Positions 28,981 through 39,300 of a DNA stretch of 64,000 nucleotides are shown piece after piece (within the stretch, counting starts at the first letter, position 1; every line of letters starts with the position of its first letter). The notes below the pieces were generated by a model. That model was given only the letters and a program-made list of their open reading frames with translations, was not told where the DNA came from and searched no databases. A program made the position numbers and the translations under genes. This stretch comes from an uncultured virus (IMG/VR IMGVR_UViG_3300029964_000032). Its lineage: Duplodnaviria; Heunggongvirae; Uroviricota; Caudoviricetes. The stretch lies in the IMG/VR virus record IMGVR_UViG_3300029964_000032; one strand, written 5' to 3'.

Positions 28981-29368
28981 TCTTTATTCGGTAAATAAAT
29001 TCGCCCACTGTACGAGGCGTGAGATAGAATTTCGGTGCAGGTTGATTTACTATTTTCGTCACAAGTTCGTACACCGATTTGTCGGGCTGTTTCTCACGTA
29101 GTATAACGAACCTTCGGTAAATCTCCTCAAACATTTCACGCTTGTTGCTCCTCATCCTTGGCATCGATTTTCCAGCTGCCATTGCTGAAATGACAATAGC
29201 AGCCCTCTCCTCGCTCACCCAAAAGCGAGAAGCCGGAGACTGAGCGACAAGTTCGAAGATGACCGGCATCACGATGATGGATGCCTCTGCGAGTTTCTCC
29301 CGATATGCCCTCATGAGGTCGTTATTACGTTCGCGTGTAAATTCAAGAATGCTGCCAAAGTATTTCAT
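28925..29368 (-). CDS. Conserved phage protein, possible DNA-binding regulator
   Basis: Two related motifs PASRFWVS and PAPKFYLT; overlaps terL start; TAACTTTG promoter at 29397-29390. Confidence 0.6.
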   Translation of the reverse strand: MKYFGSILEFTRERNNDLMRAYREKLAEASIIVMPVIFELVAQSPASRFWVSEERAAIVISAMAAGKSMPRMRSNKREMFEEIYRRFVILREKQPDKSVYELVTKIVNQPAPKFYLTPRTVGEFIYRIKNGWYDNQYDRYRDCTLTR

Positions 29369-29412
29369 AAAAGTGCTCGATTGTTTCCTCAAAGTTACAG
29401 AAACGAGGTCAC

Positions 29413-29453
29413 AAAAGTTAAAAGTCAGTCCACATCTTATATAGGTATTTTTG
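29413..29453 (+). promoter_or_regulatory. Promoter for scaffold/capsid operon
   Basis: AAAAGTTAAA (G at 29417) and TATTTTTG 29446-29453. Confidence 0.7.
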
Positions 29454-29490
29454 CAAATGAATATGACACATTCTAAAGATTTTGAAGATA

Positions 29491-30228
29491 ATGGCTGATA
29501 ACAACGGAGTTAAGAGCAGACGCGACCAACAGTTGGAACGGCTGCGAAAGAAATATCCCGACAAGAAGTTCGAGGATGATGAGGAGATTTACGGTCAGAT
29601 TTACGACGATTACGACCAATACGAGCAGGATCTTAGCGGCTACAAGGACAGGGAAAAGGCCATGTCCGACATGTTTGCCGCTGACCCGAGAAGTGCACAG
29701 TTCCTTGCTGATATGCACAATGGTAACGACCCCTACGTCGGGCTTGTAAAAAACTTCGGCATAGAAATACAGGACGTACTTGACGATCCTGAAATGCAGG
29801 AGAAGATAGCCGAGGCCAACAAGGACTATGTGGAGCGTGTAGCCAAGTCAAGACAGCTTGACGAGGAATATGAGAAGAACATGGACGCAAGTCTTGAAAC
29901 CCTTCGTCAGTTCCAAGAAGAGCGTGGCATGAGCGACGAACAGATTGACGCTGTAGTTGATGCCGTTTTGACCGTGGTTCGTGACGGTGTAATGGGCAAG
30001 TTCTCGAAAGAGACTCTTGCAATGTTCGTGAATGCCATCAACCATGACAGCGATGTAGCCTCAGCAAGTGAAGAGGGACGTGTTGCCGGACGCAATGACA
30101 AAATTGTGGAAGGCTTGCGCAAGCGAGACAAAGGCGACGGCACTGCACCACTGAACGGCAAGAATGGCGGTGCGCCCGGCAAACAGAAATCACAAAGCAT
30201 CTTTGACATTGCCAACGAAGCCATGTAG
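29491..30228 (+). CDS. Probable capsid scaffolding protein
   Basis: Acidic helical protein directly upstream of the capsid gene. Confidence 0.6.
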   Translation: MADNNGVKSRRDQQLERLRKKYPDKKFEDDEEIYGQIYDDYDQYEQDLSGYKDREKAMSDMFAADPRSAQFLADMHNGNDPYVGLVKNFGIEIQDVLDDPEMQEKIAEANKDYVERVAKSRQLDEEYEKNMDASLETLRQFQEERGMSDEQIDAVVDAVLTVVRDGVMGKFSKETLAMFVNAINHDSDVASASEEGRVAGRNDKIVEGLRKRDKGDGTAPLNGKNGGAPGKQKSQSIFDIANEAM

Positions 30229-30230
30229 CC

Positions 30231-30401
30231 ATGAAAGGAGAAGTCGTAAAGTTTCCTCCAGAGGGCAAGAAAGTAAAGCCAACGACCGGGAGTGCAGGGT
30301 TGAGAACCCAAGTGCCGGGCGCAATGGCATCAGTAAGCAATCTCGCGAGCGCGACAGGCGGTATAGCCCCCGGCAACCTCGCACAGACCGATAGCAAATA
30401 A
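30231..30401 (+). CDS. 56-aa protein paralogous to the major capsid N-terminal arm (not in ORF track)
   Basis: MKGEVVKFPPEGKKVKPTTGSAGLRTQVPGAMASVSNLASATGGIAPGNLAQTDSK; 22/38 ungapped identities to the capsid N-terminus; starts 2 nt after the scaffold stop. Confidence 0.8.
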   Translation: MKGEVVKFPPEGKKVKPTTGSAGLRTQVPGAMASVSNLASATGGIAPGNLAQTDSK

Positions 30402-30429
30402 CATTATTCACAAATTAAAATTTTAAGAC

Positions 30430-31950
30430 ATGGACGGAGAAAACGTACCAGTAGGTGGCACTACAACCACCACCCCTGCACCCGGAACAGCCGGTGTGCA
30501 GACTCAAGTGCCGGGAGCACCCACTACCGTCAGCGGAGTGGCAGGAGCGTCTGGCGGAGTCGGTCCGGGTAACCTCATTCAGAGTGACCTCGACCAAGAA
30601 CTCTACAAGTTCAAGAGTGACGACACACCGCTTATGCAGCTCATGCTGAATGCGCGTAAGGTAAAGGTGAACTCACCCGAAGTGGAACACTACATGATTG
30701 ACGAGCCACGTTCCAGTGTGACCTCGACAACTAAGGTAACGGCAGGAACAGCCAAGCAGTTCGTGCTTCCGTTGCTCGCCAACGATGCCGAAATCCCAAG
30801 ACCTTACGGCACCCTGCTTGTAAAGGGTGTGGACGGTTATGCCGCAGACGGCAAGACAAAGACTCCGGGCAAAGACCTCATGCTATTCGTAACCGGACAA
30901 GACCCAACCACGAACAACCCGATTGTGAGAGCCGTAAACGGTCCGAAGGCAAACACGACCGATGAGAGCTGTACCACTCCGGAAATTCCAGCCGGTTCAA
31001 CACTCATCATTCTTTCCAATGCTCTCTACGAGACACAGAAGAAAGTTGACCCCGACCTCATCGTGCCACAAGCACAGATGGTTTATCTTCAGAAGCGCGG
31101 CATGAACCAGATTGTATCTGACTACTACGAAGCGCAGAAGAAGAAAATTCCGTTCGGCAAGGCCGTGATTGCAGAAGCCGCCATTACCAACTTCAAGGTG
31201 CGCGGCAACCGTACTCTCTATGCAGGTCGTAAAGGCAAGATGACTGTTCAGACCCCCGAGGTCGGTGCACAGACCATCTACTTCACCGAAGGTGTGCGCT
31301 ACCAAGTGAAGAAGGAACTCAATCACACTGGCAAGTGGACAATTGAGGAAATCATCGCTTTGGCGAAGATGGTCTTTACAGGCGAGGACGTACCCAAGAG
31401 TGTTATTGCCCTTGCTGGCAAGAACTTCTTGGAGAATATCCAGTGCATCGACTACTCGAAGCACCCTGAAATTCAAATTACTACCAAGACCAACCCTGTA
31501 GGCTGGGTGGTGACCAATTTCCACACCGTGTTTGGTGACATCGAGTTCAAGCACGATCCAACCCTTGACCGTTTGAAGTGGAGCAATTCTGCATTTATCG
31601 TTGCGCCTGACCGTCTTGTGCACTACCAGTATTCGGCAGAGCACTCGTCGAAAGACCGTGTTGAGGGCGAGGAGGCAACACGCGAGGCAATCCTTGTGTG
31701 GGATGCACTTGCACTCAAAGGCTCGTGCCATATCTGGATTAACGGTGAGGGTGACAGCGAGAACAGCACAGCTGTGCAGATCCATCTGTGGGACAGCGCG
31801 GAAGCACCTACATCACCAGTTGAGGGAGGTGTGTACTACCTGTTGCAGGATTGTCCGGGCATCAATGCCGAGGCCGTTAGCGGTCAGATGTGGCAGTATA
31901 AGAGCGAGGCATGGATTGAGTATGCAGGTGAGGTTATGGCAACCGAGTAA
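30430..31950 (+). CDS. Major capsid protein
   Basis: 506 aa after scaffold; DDTPLMQL, YFTEGVRYQV, FHTVFGDIEFKHDP motifs resembling SU10/DUF5309-type capsids; terminator follows. Confidence 0.75.
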   Translation: MDGENVPVGGTTTTTPAPGTAGVQTQVPGAPTTVSGVAGASGGVGPGNLIQSDLDQELYKFKSDDTPLMQLMLNARKVKVNSPEVEHYMIDEPRSSVTSTTKVTAGTAKQFVLPLLANDAEIPRPYGTLLVKGVDGYAADGKTKTPGKDLMLFVTGQDPTTNNPIVRAVNGPKANTTDESCTTPEIPAGSTLIILSNALYETQKKVDPDLIVPQAQMVYLQKRGMNQIVSDYYEAQKKKIPFGKAVIAEAAITNFKVRGNRTLYAGRKGKMTVQTPEVGAQTIYFTEGVRYQVKKELNHTGKWTIEEIIALAKMVFTGEDVPKSVIALAGKNFLENIQCIDYSKHPEIQITTKTNPVGWVVTNFHTVFGDIEFKHDPTLDRLKWSNSAFIVAPDRLVHYQYSAEHSSKDRVEGEEATREAILVWDALALKGSCHIWINGEGDSENSTAVQIHLWDSAEAPTSPVEGGVYYLLQDCPGINAEAVSGQMWQYKSEAWIEYAGEVMATE

Positions 31951-31987
31951 TCAGAAGTTTTAATTAAACCAATCATCAACCAAAAAG

Positions 31988-32020
31988 AGGCGGATAGGTA
32001 GCAATGCCGTCCGCCTTTAT
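31988..32020 (+). terminator. Terminator after capsid gene
   Basis: AGGCGGA...TCCGCCT stem followed by TTAT. Confidence 0.6.
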
Positions 32021-32035
32021 TATTATCATCATTCA

Positions 32036-32689
32036 ATGACAATGAAAAAGAAGAGAATAACCTACGGAGTGCACGGCATGATGGAATATCAATCTATCAT
32101 CAAGATAGGCAGAGCCACGCTCAAAGTATTGTTCACTGACGGCTCAATGACCGCCATCGGACAAAACCCTGCGAAGTACACGACAAGCGACTTCCTTGTG
32201 CAGCACGCTATTGAAAACAGTAGTGAGTTTAAGCGCGGACGCATTACGGTGGTGGACACCATTGAACTTGACGAGGAGGTACGCATTGAGCGTAATCCTG
32301 CCAAGCCAAGCACGCAGCAAGCACCATCCCCGGCAGAGGCAAAGCCAGTGACGGCAACAGCTGCCAAGGTTGAAGAACCACAAGACATAGCGGACGAGCC
32401 GACTGAGGAAACCAATGCAGTAGATGCTGCAAGTGCGGACACACCTGCTCCCGAAGTTGACATTGAACCTATCGAAGACGAGGTTCCATCTACAGAAGAA
32501 GATGCAGCCGAGCTTAGCGAGAGCGATAACGAAGACGGCCTTACAGAAGTTGAGTTCAGTACCAATCAGGAAGCCAAGGACTATCTCACGAAGACCTTTG
32601 GCGTGAAGAGTGGTACGATGAAGAACCGTGCTGACATCGTAGCCATTGGTGAGGCAAACGGAGTTAAAATCATTTTTGTAACCGAGTAA
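32036..32689 (+). CDS. Hypothetical protein with acidic Pro/Ala linker
   Basis: 217-aa ORF within the structural operon. Confidence 0.7.
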   Translation: MTMKKKRITYGVHGMMEYQSIIKIGRATLKVLFTDGSMTAIGQNPAKYTTSDFLVQHAIENSSEFKRGRITVVDTIELDEEVRIERNPAKPSTQQAPSPAEAKPVTATAAKVEEPQDIADEPTEETNAVDAASADTPAPEVDIEPIEDEVPSTEEDAAELSESDNEDGLTEVEFSTNQEAKDYLTKTFGVKSGTMKNRADIVAIGEANGVKIIFVTE

Positions 32690-32702
32690 TCACAGCGACG
32701 GT

Positions 32703-33338
32703 ATGGTGTACAAAATCGAAGTTGTGGAGCGTGACGTGCGCATTGCCATTGACGAGAACAAGACAAGCGAGCAGCTCATCAGCGATGAGGACATTGACAC
32801 CTTATCGTTGAATGACATCATCCGCTCAAAGATAGTGGAAGCCGTTCGGCGTGTAGAGTCGTCCGCTCCCGTTCACTACTTGGAAGAAGGTCACGTATTT
32901 GGTGATGCCATCTACTGGGAGGAGAACGGAAGCGGTTGGACTCTGCTGCCCGATGATTTCATGCGTCTTGTTGCCTTTCGCATGAGCGACTGGGAACGCA
33001 CCTGCTATATGGCCATATCAGCAGACGACCCATTGTATGACCTGCAATCGTCAAGATACAAGGGTATTCGTGGCAATGTCCAGAAGCCGGTGTGTGCCGT
33101 AGTGAACCGTGCCGAGGGCAAGGTGTTGGAGTTCTACAGTTGCAACAGTGAGGAAGCCTACGTGAAACGTGCCTCATACATTCCTTATCCGAGCATAGAC
33201 GAGGAGGACGGCATAGACATCAGCGAGCGTTGTTACACAGCCGTGGTCTATACTACGGCTGCATTAGTATTAACCGCCTATGGTGCGAGCGAGCAAGCAG
33301 CCGCAATGAACACCTTGGCAAAAAGCATTTTTGAATAA
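32703..33338 (+). CDS. Probable head-tail adaptor / structural protein
   Basis: 211 aa; LLPDDFMRLV motif; position; stop overlaps next start. Confidence 0.55.
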   Translation: MVYKIEVVERDVRIAIDENKTSEQLISDEDIDTLSLNDIIRSKIVEAVRRVESSAPVHYLEEGHVFGDAIYWEENGSGWTLLPDDFMRLVAFRMSDWERTCYMAISADDPLYDLQSSRYKGIRGNVQKPVCAVVNRAEGKVLEFYSCNSEEAYVKRASYIPYPSIDEEDGIDISERCYTAVVYTTAALVLTAYGASEQAAAMNTLAKSIFE

Positions 33339-36300
33339 TGAGTTCAATACCAACAAAACAGATAGATGGTGACGTTGCGGTTGGTCGTGACGTTAACATC
33401 GGCGGCAAGGCCACCATACGCGGTTCGGCAAAGGTCGGCCACAATCTGACCGTTGACGGCTGGCTTGAAGCCAAGAACATAAAAGGCCCGAACAAAGGCC
33501 TGTTCAAAACGGCGGCACAGCTACGCGAGGCTTACCCTAATCCTCATGAAGGATGGTGGGCGTTGGTGACCGTAGAAGGCAGTGCAGCGTCAGATCATCT
33601 TGGCCAACTCTATGTAGCTGACGGTGGTACATGGGTAGCGCAAGTTGACAGCAACGGTAATCCGCTGCTGAAGGGTAATCCTACGGTTGATAGCACCGAG
33701 TACATGGAAGCCGTGGAGGGAATGACAGCCGACCTCGAAGCCGTGAAGGTGGACGTTAACCAGAACAAGGAAGACGTGCGCAGCCTACGTTCTACACAGA
33801 CCACGCAAGGCGAGAGCATCAACACCCTCAACACAAAGATGGGCACAGCTCAGAGCGACATCAACACACTGAAGAAGACTGTAAGCGACAACAAGACTGA
33901 ACTTGCGAGCAGCATCAGCGGTGTGCAGAAAGACCTCACATCATTCAAGAACACCAAAGGACAGCCCAACGGACTTGCGCCGTTGGACGAACAGAACCAG
34001 ATACCTTCGCAGTATCTGCCCGACTATGTGGACGACGTGCTTGAGTTCAACGGAAGCTTCAATGACATTACTTCGCAGATGATGTCGTTAAACAAATACT
34101 CAACGGACGAGAACTGTAGCGTTGTCTTCAGCAAAGACGCTGGGGCTTTTGTGCTGAAATATACGCAGCCATCGAAAACGGAAGGTGACTTGCGCCCGAC
34201 CATCACTTACTACAACAACTGGATAGATGGTGACCTTTACGGTGAGGGCACTATGAAAGGCCGTGTGCCACACAGCGGCAAGATTTACATAGACGTTACA
34301 GCCAACAAGACTTATCGTTGGGGAGGCAGCACGCTTGTTGCAATAGGTTCGGACTTGGCATTGGGCCATACCAGTGGCACTGCATATCCCGGTGACGAGG
34401 GAGCCGAGCTAAATAGCACACTCCAGACAGCGAACATACGCATTGAGGGTATAAACATTCTTCGCTTTGATGGAGTGTGGGACGGTACCGGCAAGGCACC
34501 GAGTCGTGGTTTGTGGTATGCTCCAAGTTTGGACTACGAAGGAGAGTGGTGCTTCCGTAAGTTCGGAGGTGTTAGTACAGAGACATACGGTTATCCGGAA
34601 GAAATGTATAACACCGACAGCGTAGGACGTGCGGACCATATCTATTGTTGTGCAGACGAGTTGTTCCGTATCGTTGACAAGAAGATGCAGAGGATTGGCG
34701 GCAGCGGCAGCTCTGCCAGCATTTACAACCCGACGGTGGAGCAGGGAGGACACTACTATGTGTTGTGTGATACCGACGATACGGCCAATTCAGCTGTTCA
34801 CGCAGCGAAGGAAAATGGCAAGGCTGCAGTAGGCCTGATGATAACCTTCGCATTGAAGAAAGGCACTTGGAAGACTTACCAGTATATCGGAGCCAATACG
34901 GAAGATAATAACTGGTACGACACAGAGAACTGGAAAGACTTCGGCTCGATGGTACAGGGTTCAGAGTCGATGATAGACATTGACATCATAGCCCCTCTAC
35001 CTACAGGCTTCTACACCCTTGGCACCGCACTTGCAGCTCTGAAAACCTATCAAGAGACAACAAGTGTGAACTATCAGAAGCGCGGTTTGGTGATAAGTTA
35101 CACGACGGAAGCCAATAAGGTAGAGACCAAACAGTATCAGGGCGACTCCATCGCGGACTTCTACGAGGCCGGGCTTTGGCAGGACTTCGGCGGCGGCAGT
35201 AAACTTGTGGCGAGCGACACGATGGAAGCTGGCGGTACAGACGCTTTCTCTACAGGAGGAGCGTATAAGGTTGTGCCAACGGAGATAGAGGCTACAGAGG
35301 AAGAAGGCAGCGTATCACTGAAGCTAAAAAACAAGGCTGGCGACACCCTGTCTGAAGCCCAGTTCAGTGTGGGCACCGGTACTGGAGGTGGCGGTGGAAC
35401 TACACTTGCCATCAACTTTGAGAACGACCCCTTCTATGTCCGTGCAGGAGGTACAGCCATACTGAAAGCCGCCATCCGCAGTGTGACCCAGCTATCCGAT
35501 GGATCATCGCAGGACAACAAGATACAGAGTGTGGTGTTTATCAATCGCACGACCAAGACCACCGTAGCCTCATTCAAGCCCAATCAGGCAAGCAGTTCCT
35601 CGTTGAAGTCGTACACCTTCGAGTTTGACCTAAGCACCATTGCAGCCAGTGCTGGCAGCGTAGAGCTGCAAGCCGTAGCCACCGATGCCACCGGCAAGAC
35701 AGCCACGAGAAACGTGGAAATGATAGCCGTTGATGTGACCGTAGAGAGCAGCCAGACACTGAGCTATACGAAGAGCACCACATTGCAGGTTGGCGGTCAG
35801 AAGGTAAGTATCCCCATGTATCGTTTCCCAAACAATGCCTCAGACAAGGGTATCCAGACGAAGATAGAGATATACCGCAACGGCGTTTGGGAGACGCTGG
35901 AGAGTGTATTGGTTAAGGACACCTACACCCATAACGTGACCATCGACCCACAAGGCATGGGCCACGGCGCATATCCTCTGCGCATACAAGGGCAGGACGT
36001 AGCATCAGGACTGGAAGGTAACACGCTTCATACCGCAGTTATGGTGATAGAGCAGCGCGAGAGCGTGAGCGACTACACGAAGCCTATCATTGTGGCACGA
36101 TGGTACGACGACAGCGATGGCAAGACAAAGCTTTTCAAGACCGTCAGTTTTGACATCGCCTGTTATCAGCGAGACAACGCCAACCCAAATGTAGAGGTGA
36201 AGGTGAAGAACGAGACCGCTGACGAGACAGAAACGATTGCCAACAAGGTTATGAACCGCAGCAGTTACTACACGATAGAGAAACGTATTGTGGGTTATAA

Positions 36301-39300
36301 CGACGGTGACACATTGATCTTCGACGCAACGTGTGGCGAGGTACATCTGGCGGAGCAACTAAAAGTTGTTATTGACGGCAGTATGCTTGCCATCAGTGAG
36401 ACCGAAGGCGCATACTACAAATTGAACTTTGCCGGCAGAAGTAACGACGACATCGACAAGAGTATCAAAGCCACCTGCTCAGACGGCAGCATGGTGGAAG
36501 TGAAGGTAAACGGCAGCAACTGGTCGAGCAACGGTTTTGTCGCAGACAACTTCGGTACAGAAAAAGCAGACGGCAGAATGGCACTACGTGTGGCTGAGAA
36601 TGTGACGGCAGCATGTAGCGACACACCATTGGCAAGCAAGGACATACCCACCAACGGTATGGCACTAAGCTTTACATTCAAGGTTAAGAACATTGCCAAA
36701 CGTAATGCAAAGATTATGTGGTGTATGGGCGAGCGATTGGGTTTTGTGCTTACTGGAGAGAAATTCATTGTGACCACCGCAGGTGATAGCGATGAGGCTT
36801 TGAAAGACGTTCAGACAACCGCCGCCACCTCCTACCTTGACGACACCGTATATCGCATAGACATTGTGATAGAGCCACAAGCCAGAGCACCCTATAGCGG
36901 TGTGATGCTGTGCAAGGTGTTCCAAAACGGTGATGCTGCAGCGTGTGTTCCCATCAGCACCGTCAACGGCTTCCCTAACATTGCGGACATGATACACTTC
37001 GACGGTACAGATGCCGACCTCTACCTATACGAGGTGGTACGCTGGAACACCTACTATGACTTCATCCAAGCATTCAACAACTACATCGTGAACCTCACAG
37101 ACACGACTGCCATGCTGACCGAGTATGAGCAGAACCAAGTTATGAGCGATGTTACAGCTGAGGGCACGACGAAACCACGCCCCGATATGCAAAAGTTGTT
37201 AGACCGCGGTATCATGGTTGTGGCAATGACGCGCACTTCGGACAAGAACCTTAGCAAAGACGGTGGCGCGGTAACGGACAGCGAGATATATTATCCTGAC
37301 TACATCGAAGGTTTGAGGGACAAAAAAACGTCCGTTTTGATGGACTGGTATATTTATTTCCCCGACCGTCCGTGGGCAAACTGCGTTATTGAAGCCATCC
37401 CGACGACAAACCAAGGAACTTCGACACTTGCCTACGGTGTCAAGAATAAGAAGGGCAAGGGTAAGAAGGCGAAGAGGATTAGAATGCTCTACACAAGAGA
37501 GCAGATTAGTGAGATGTACAATGGTGATGAGACTATTCTTGCCAAGTATGACGACGCAGCAGCTCTTGCGAAGAAAAAGAAGATCCGCGTGAAGGAAGGC
37601 AGTACGCCTATACAGAACATTACCATCAAGGTTGACTACTCGGACTCTGCCGGTGCCAACAACTGTGCCATGATGGAGCTTATGAACGACACGCAGATAG
37701 CCCTTGGCAGTGACTATATGACCCCTGCACAGCGACACAACACCGACAAGAGCGAAGAACTGCATACGAGCATTGACGGTGTGACGTGTGCCCTCTTCCG
37801 TACCGACTACCGCATAGGTCAAGACAAGGGGACACAGGCCGCTACACTTCCTGAGAACGCCTACTTCCACTCGAAGGCAAACTTCAATGCCGACAAGGGT
37901 AATCCCCACTTCTTCGGTTTTGAGGACGTTAAGGGATATAATTACGGTTGCGTGAACTATGGCGACTTCAAGGAAATGGTAGCTCCGAGAGATACCACCA
38001 TTGAGACCTACAAGGCCAGTGTTCTTTCAGACACAAGCTCATTGATACCGGGCACGCTGTATATGCTGAGTGAGTTCTGTGGCCCGGAAACACGCTTCAT
38101 TGAGAACGATGGTACCGGAACCATGAAAGAGATAGGTGAGGTGGCCGTGGAAGACAGTCATGTGCTTGACAAAACACTCTCCGAGGTACAGGCAGACGAT
38201 GTTAAGAACTACGACTGGGGAACAGCCTACAAGACATCTGACGGAAAGTATGTGCAGTATAAAGGAGGAGCATGGAAGGACACCACAGGCACCATGACTT
38301 ATGACAATGCCACTAAGAAATGGAGTGTGCAAGGCCGCGTTCTGAACCCTGTGGAGTGCTACGAGTACAGGCAATATCAAGAGTTCTGTTGGCAGCAGGG
38401 CGTGAACAGTGTGGACGATATGCTAAAGACGCTGCACACCGACGATGGTGACGTTCCAGTGTGGAGCACTTATTACGAAATGCGCTACCCTGACGACGAC
38501 GATTTGAACGCCCTGTATGCGTCGGGCAAGAAAGTTCCGTACCAGCTGTATAGAGAGTTGGCCTTCTGTCAGCAGTGTAACCAGAACTTGACCGACAATG
38601 CCGAAGAGAACGCCGCCAAGAACCCTGATGGCAGCGAAAAGGTATTCAACGGAGCCGGTGCAAGCACAACCATTACCCTTGGTGGCAAAACCGTAGCCGG
38701 TACCAAGGAGAACCGCAGAAAGAAATGGCAGCAGGAAATGCACAAGTATTACTCTCCCCATTCAACTCACTGCTATGTTGTGGCGAGCGACTACAAAGCC
38801 ACTGTGGACCAGCGAGCCAAGAACATGATGATTGCTGTTTACTTGGAGACCGACGGAAGAATGCGTTACTACTTCAACCATTGGTATGACGGAGACTCAT
38901 GTGACGAGGCGGACAACGACTGCTACCTAACCATCCCTTGGGATATGGACGGAGCAGCAAGCCATCTGTATCAAGGATGGGACGGCGTAATGTTCCAACA
39001 GAGCTATGCCTTGTTTGACAGAGGCGAAGGTGTATGGCTTGATGATGCAGGCACGGAGACGCTGACTCTTCATGACACGGCGGCAAAGATGCGTGCTACG
39101 AAGACCAAGGCCGGCCTTGAAATTTTCTCTACTGACGGCTGCTACCGTTACTGGATGATAGACCGCATCTTGAAATGGCCAAAGGTGGTAAGTTCGTTTG
39201 ACGGAGAGCGCAAGTATATAGAAACAGCTACCGCTGCCGACAACCACTATCCTGCCTTGCATGGTCTGCGACTGGAGAGTCTGCCAGCCTTCCAGCGCAA

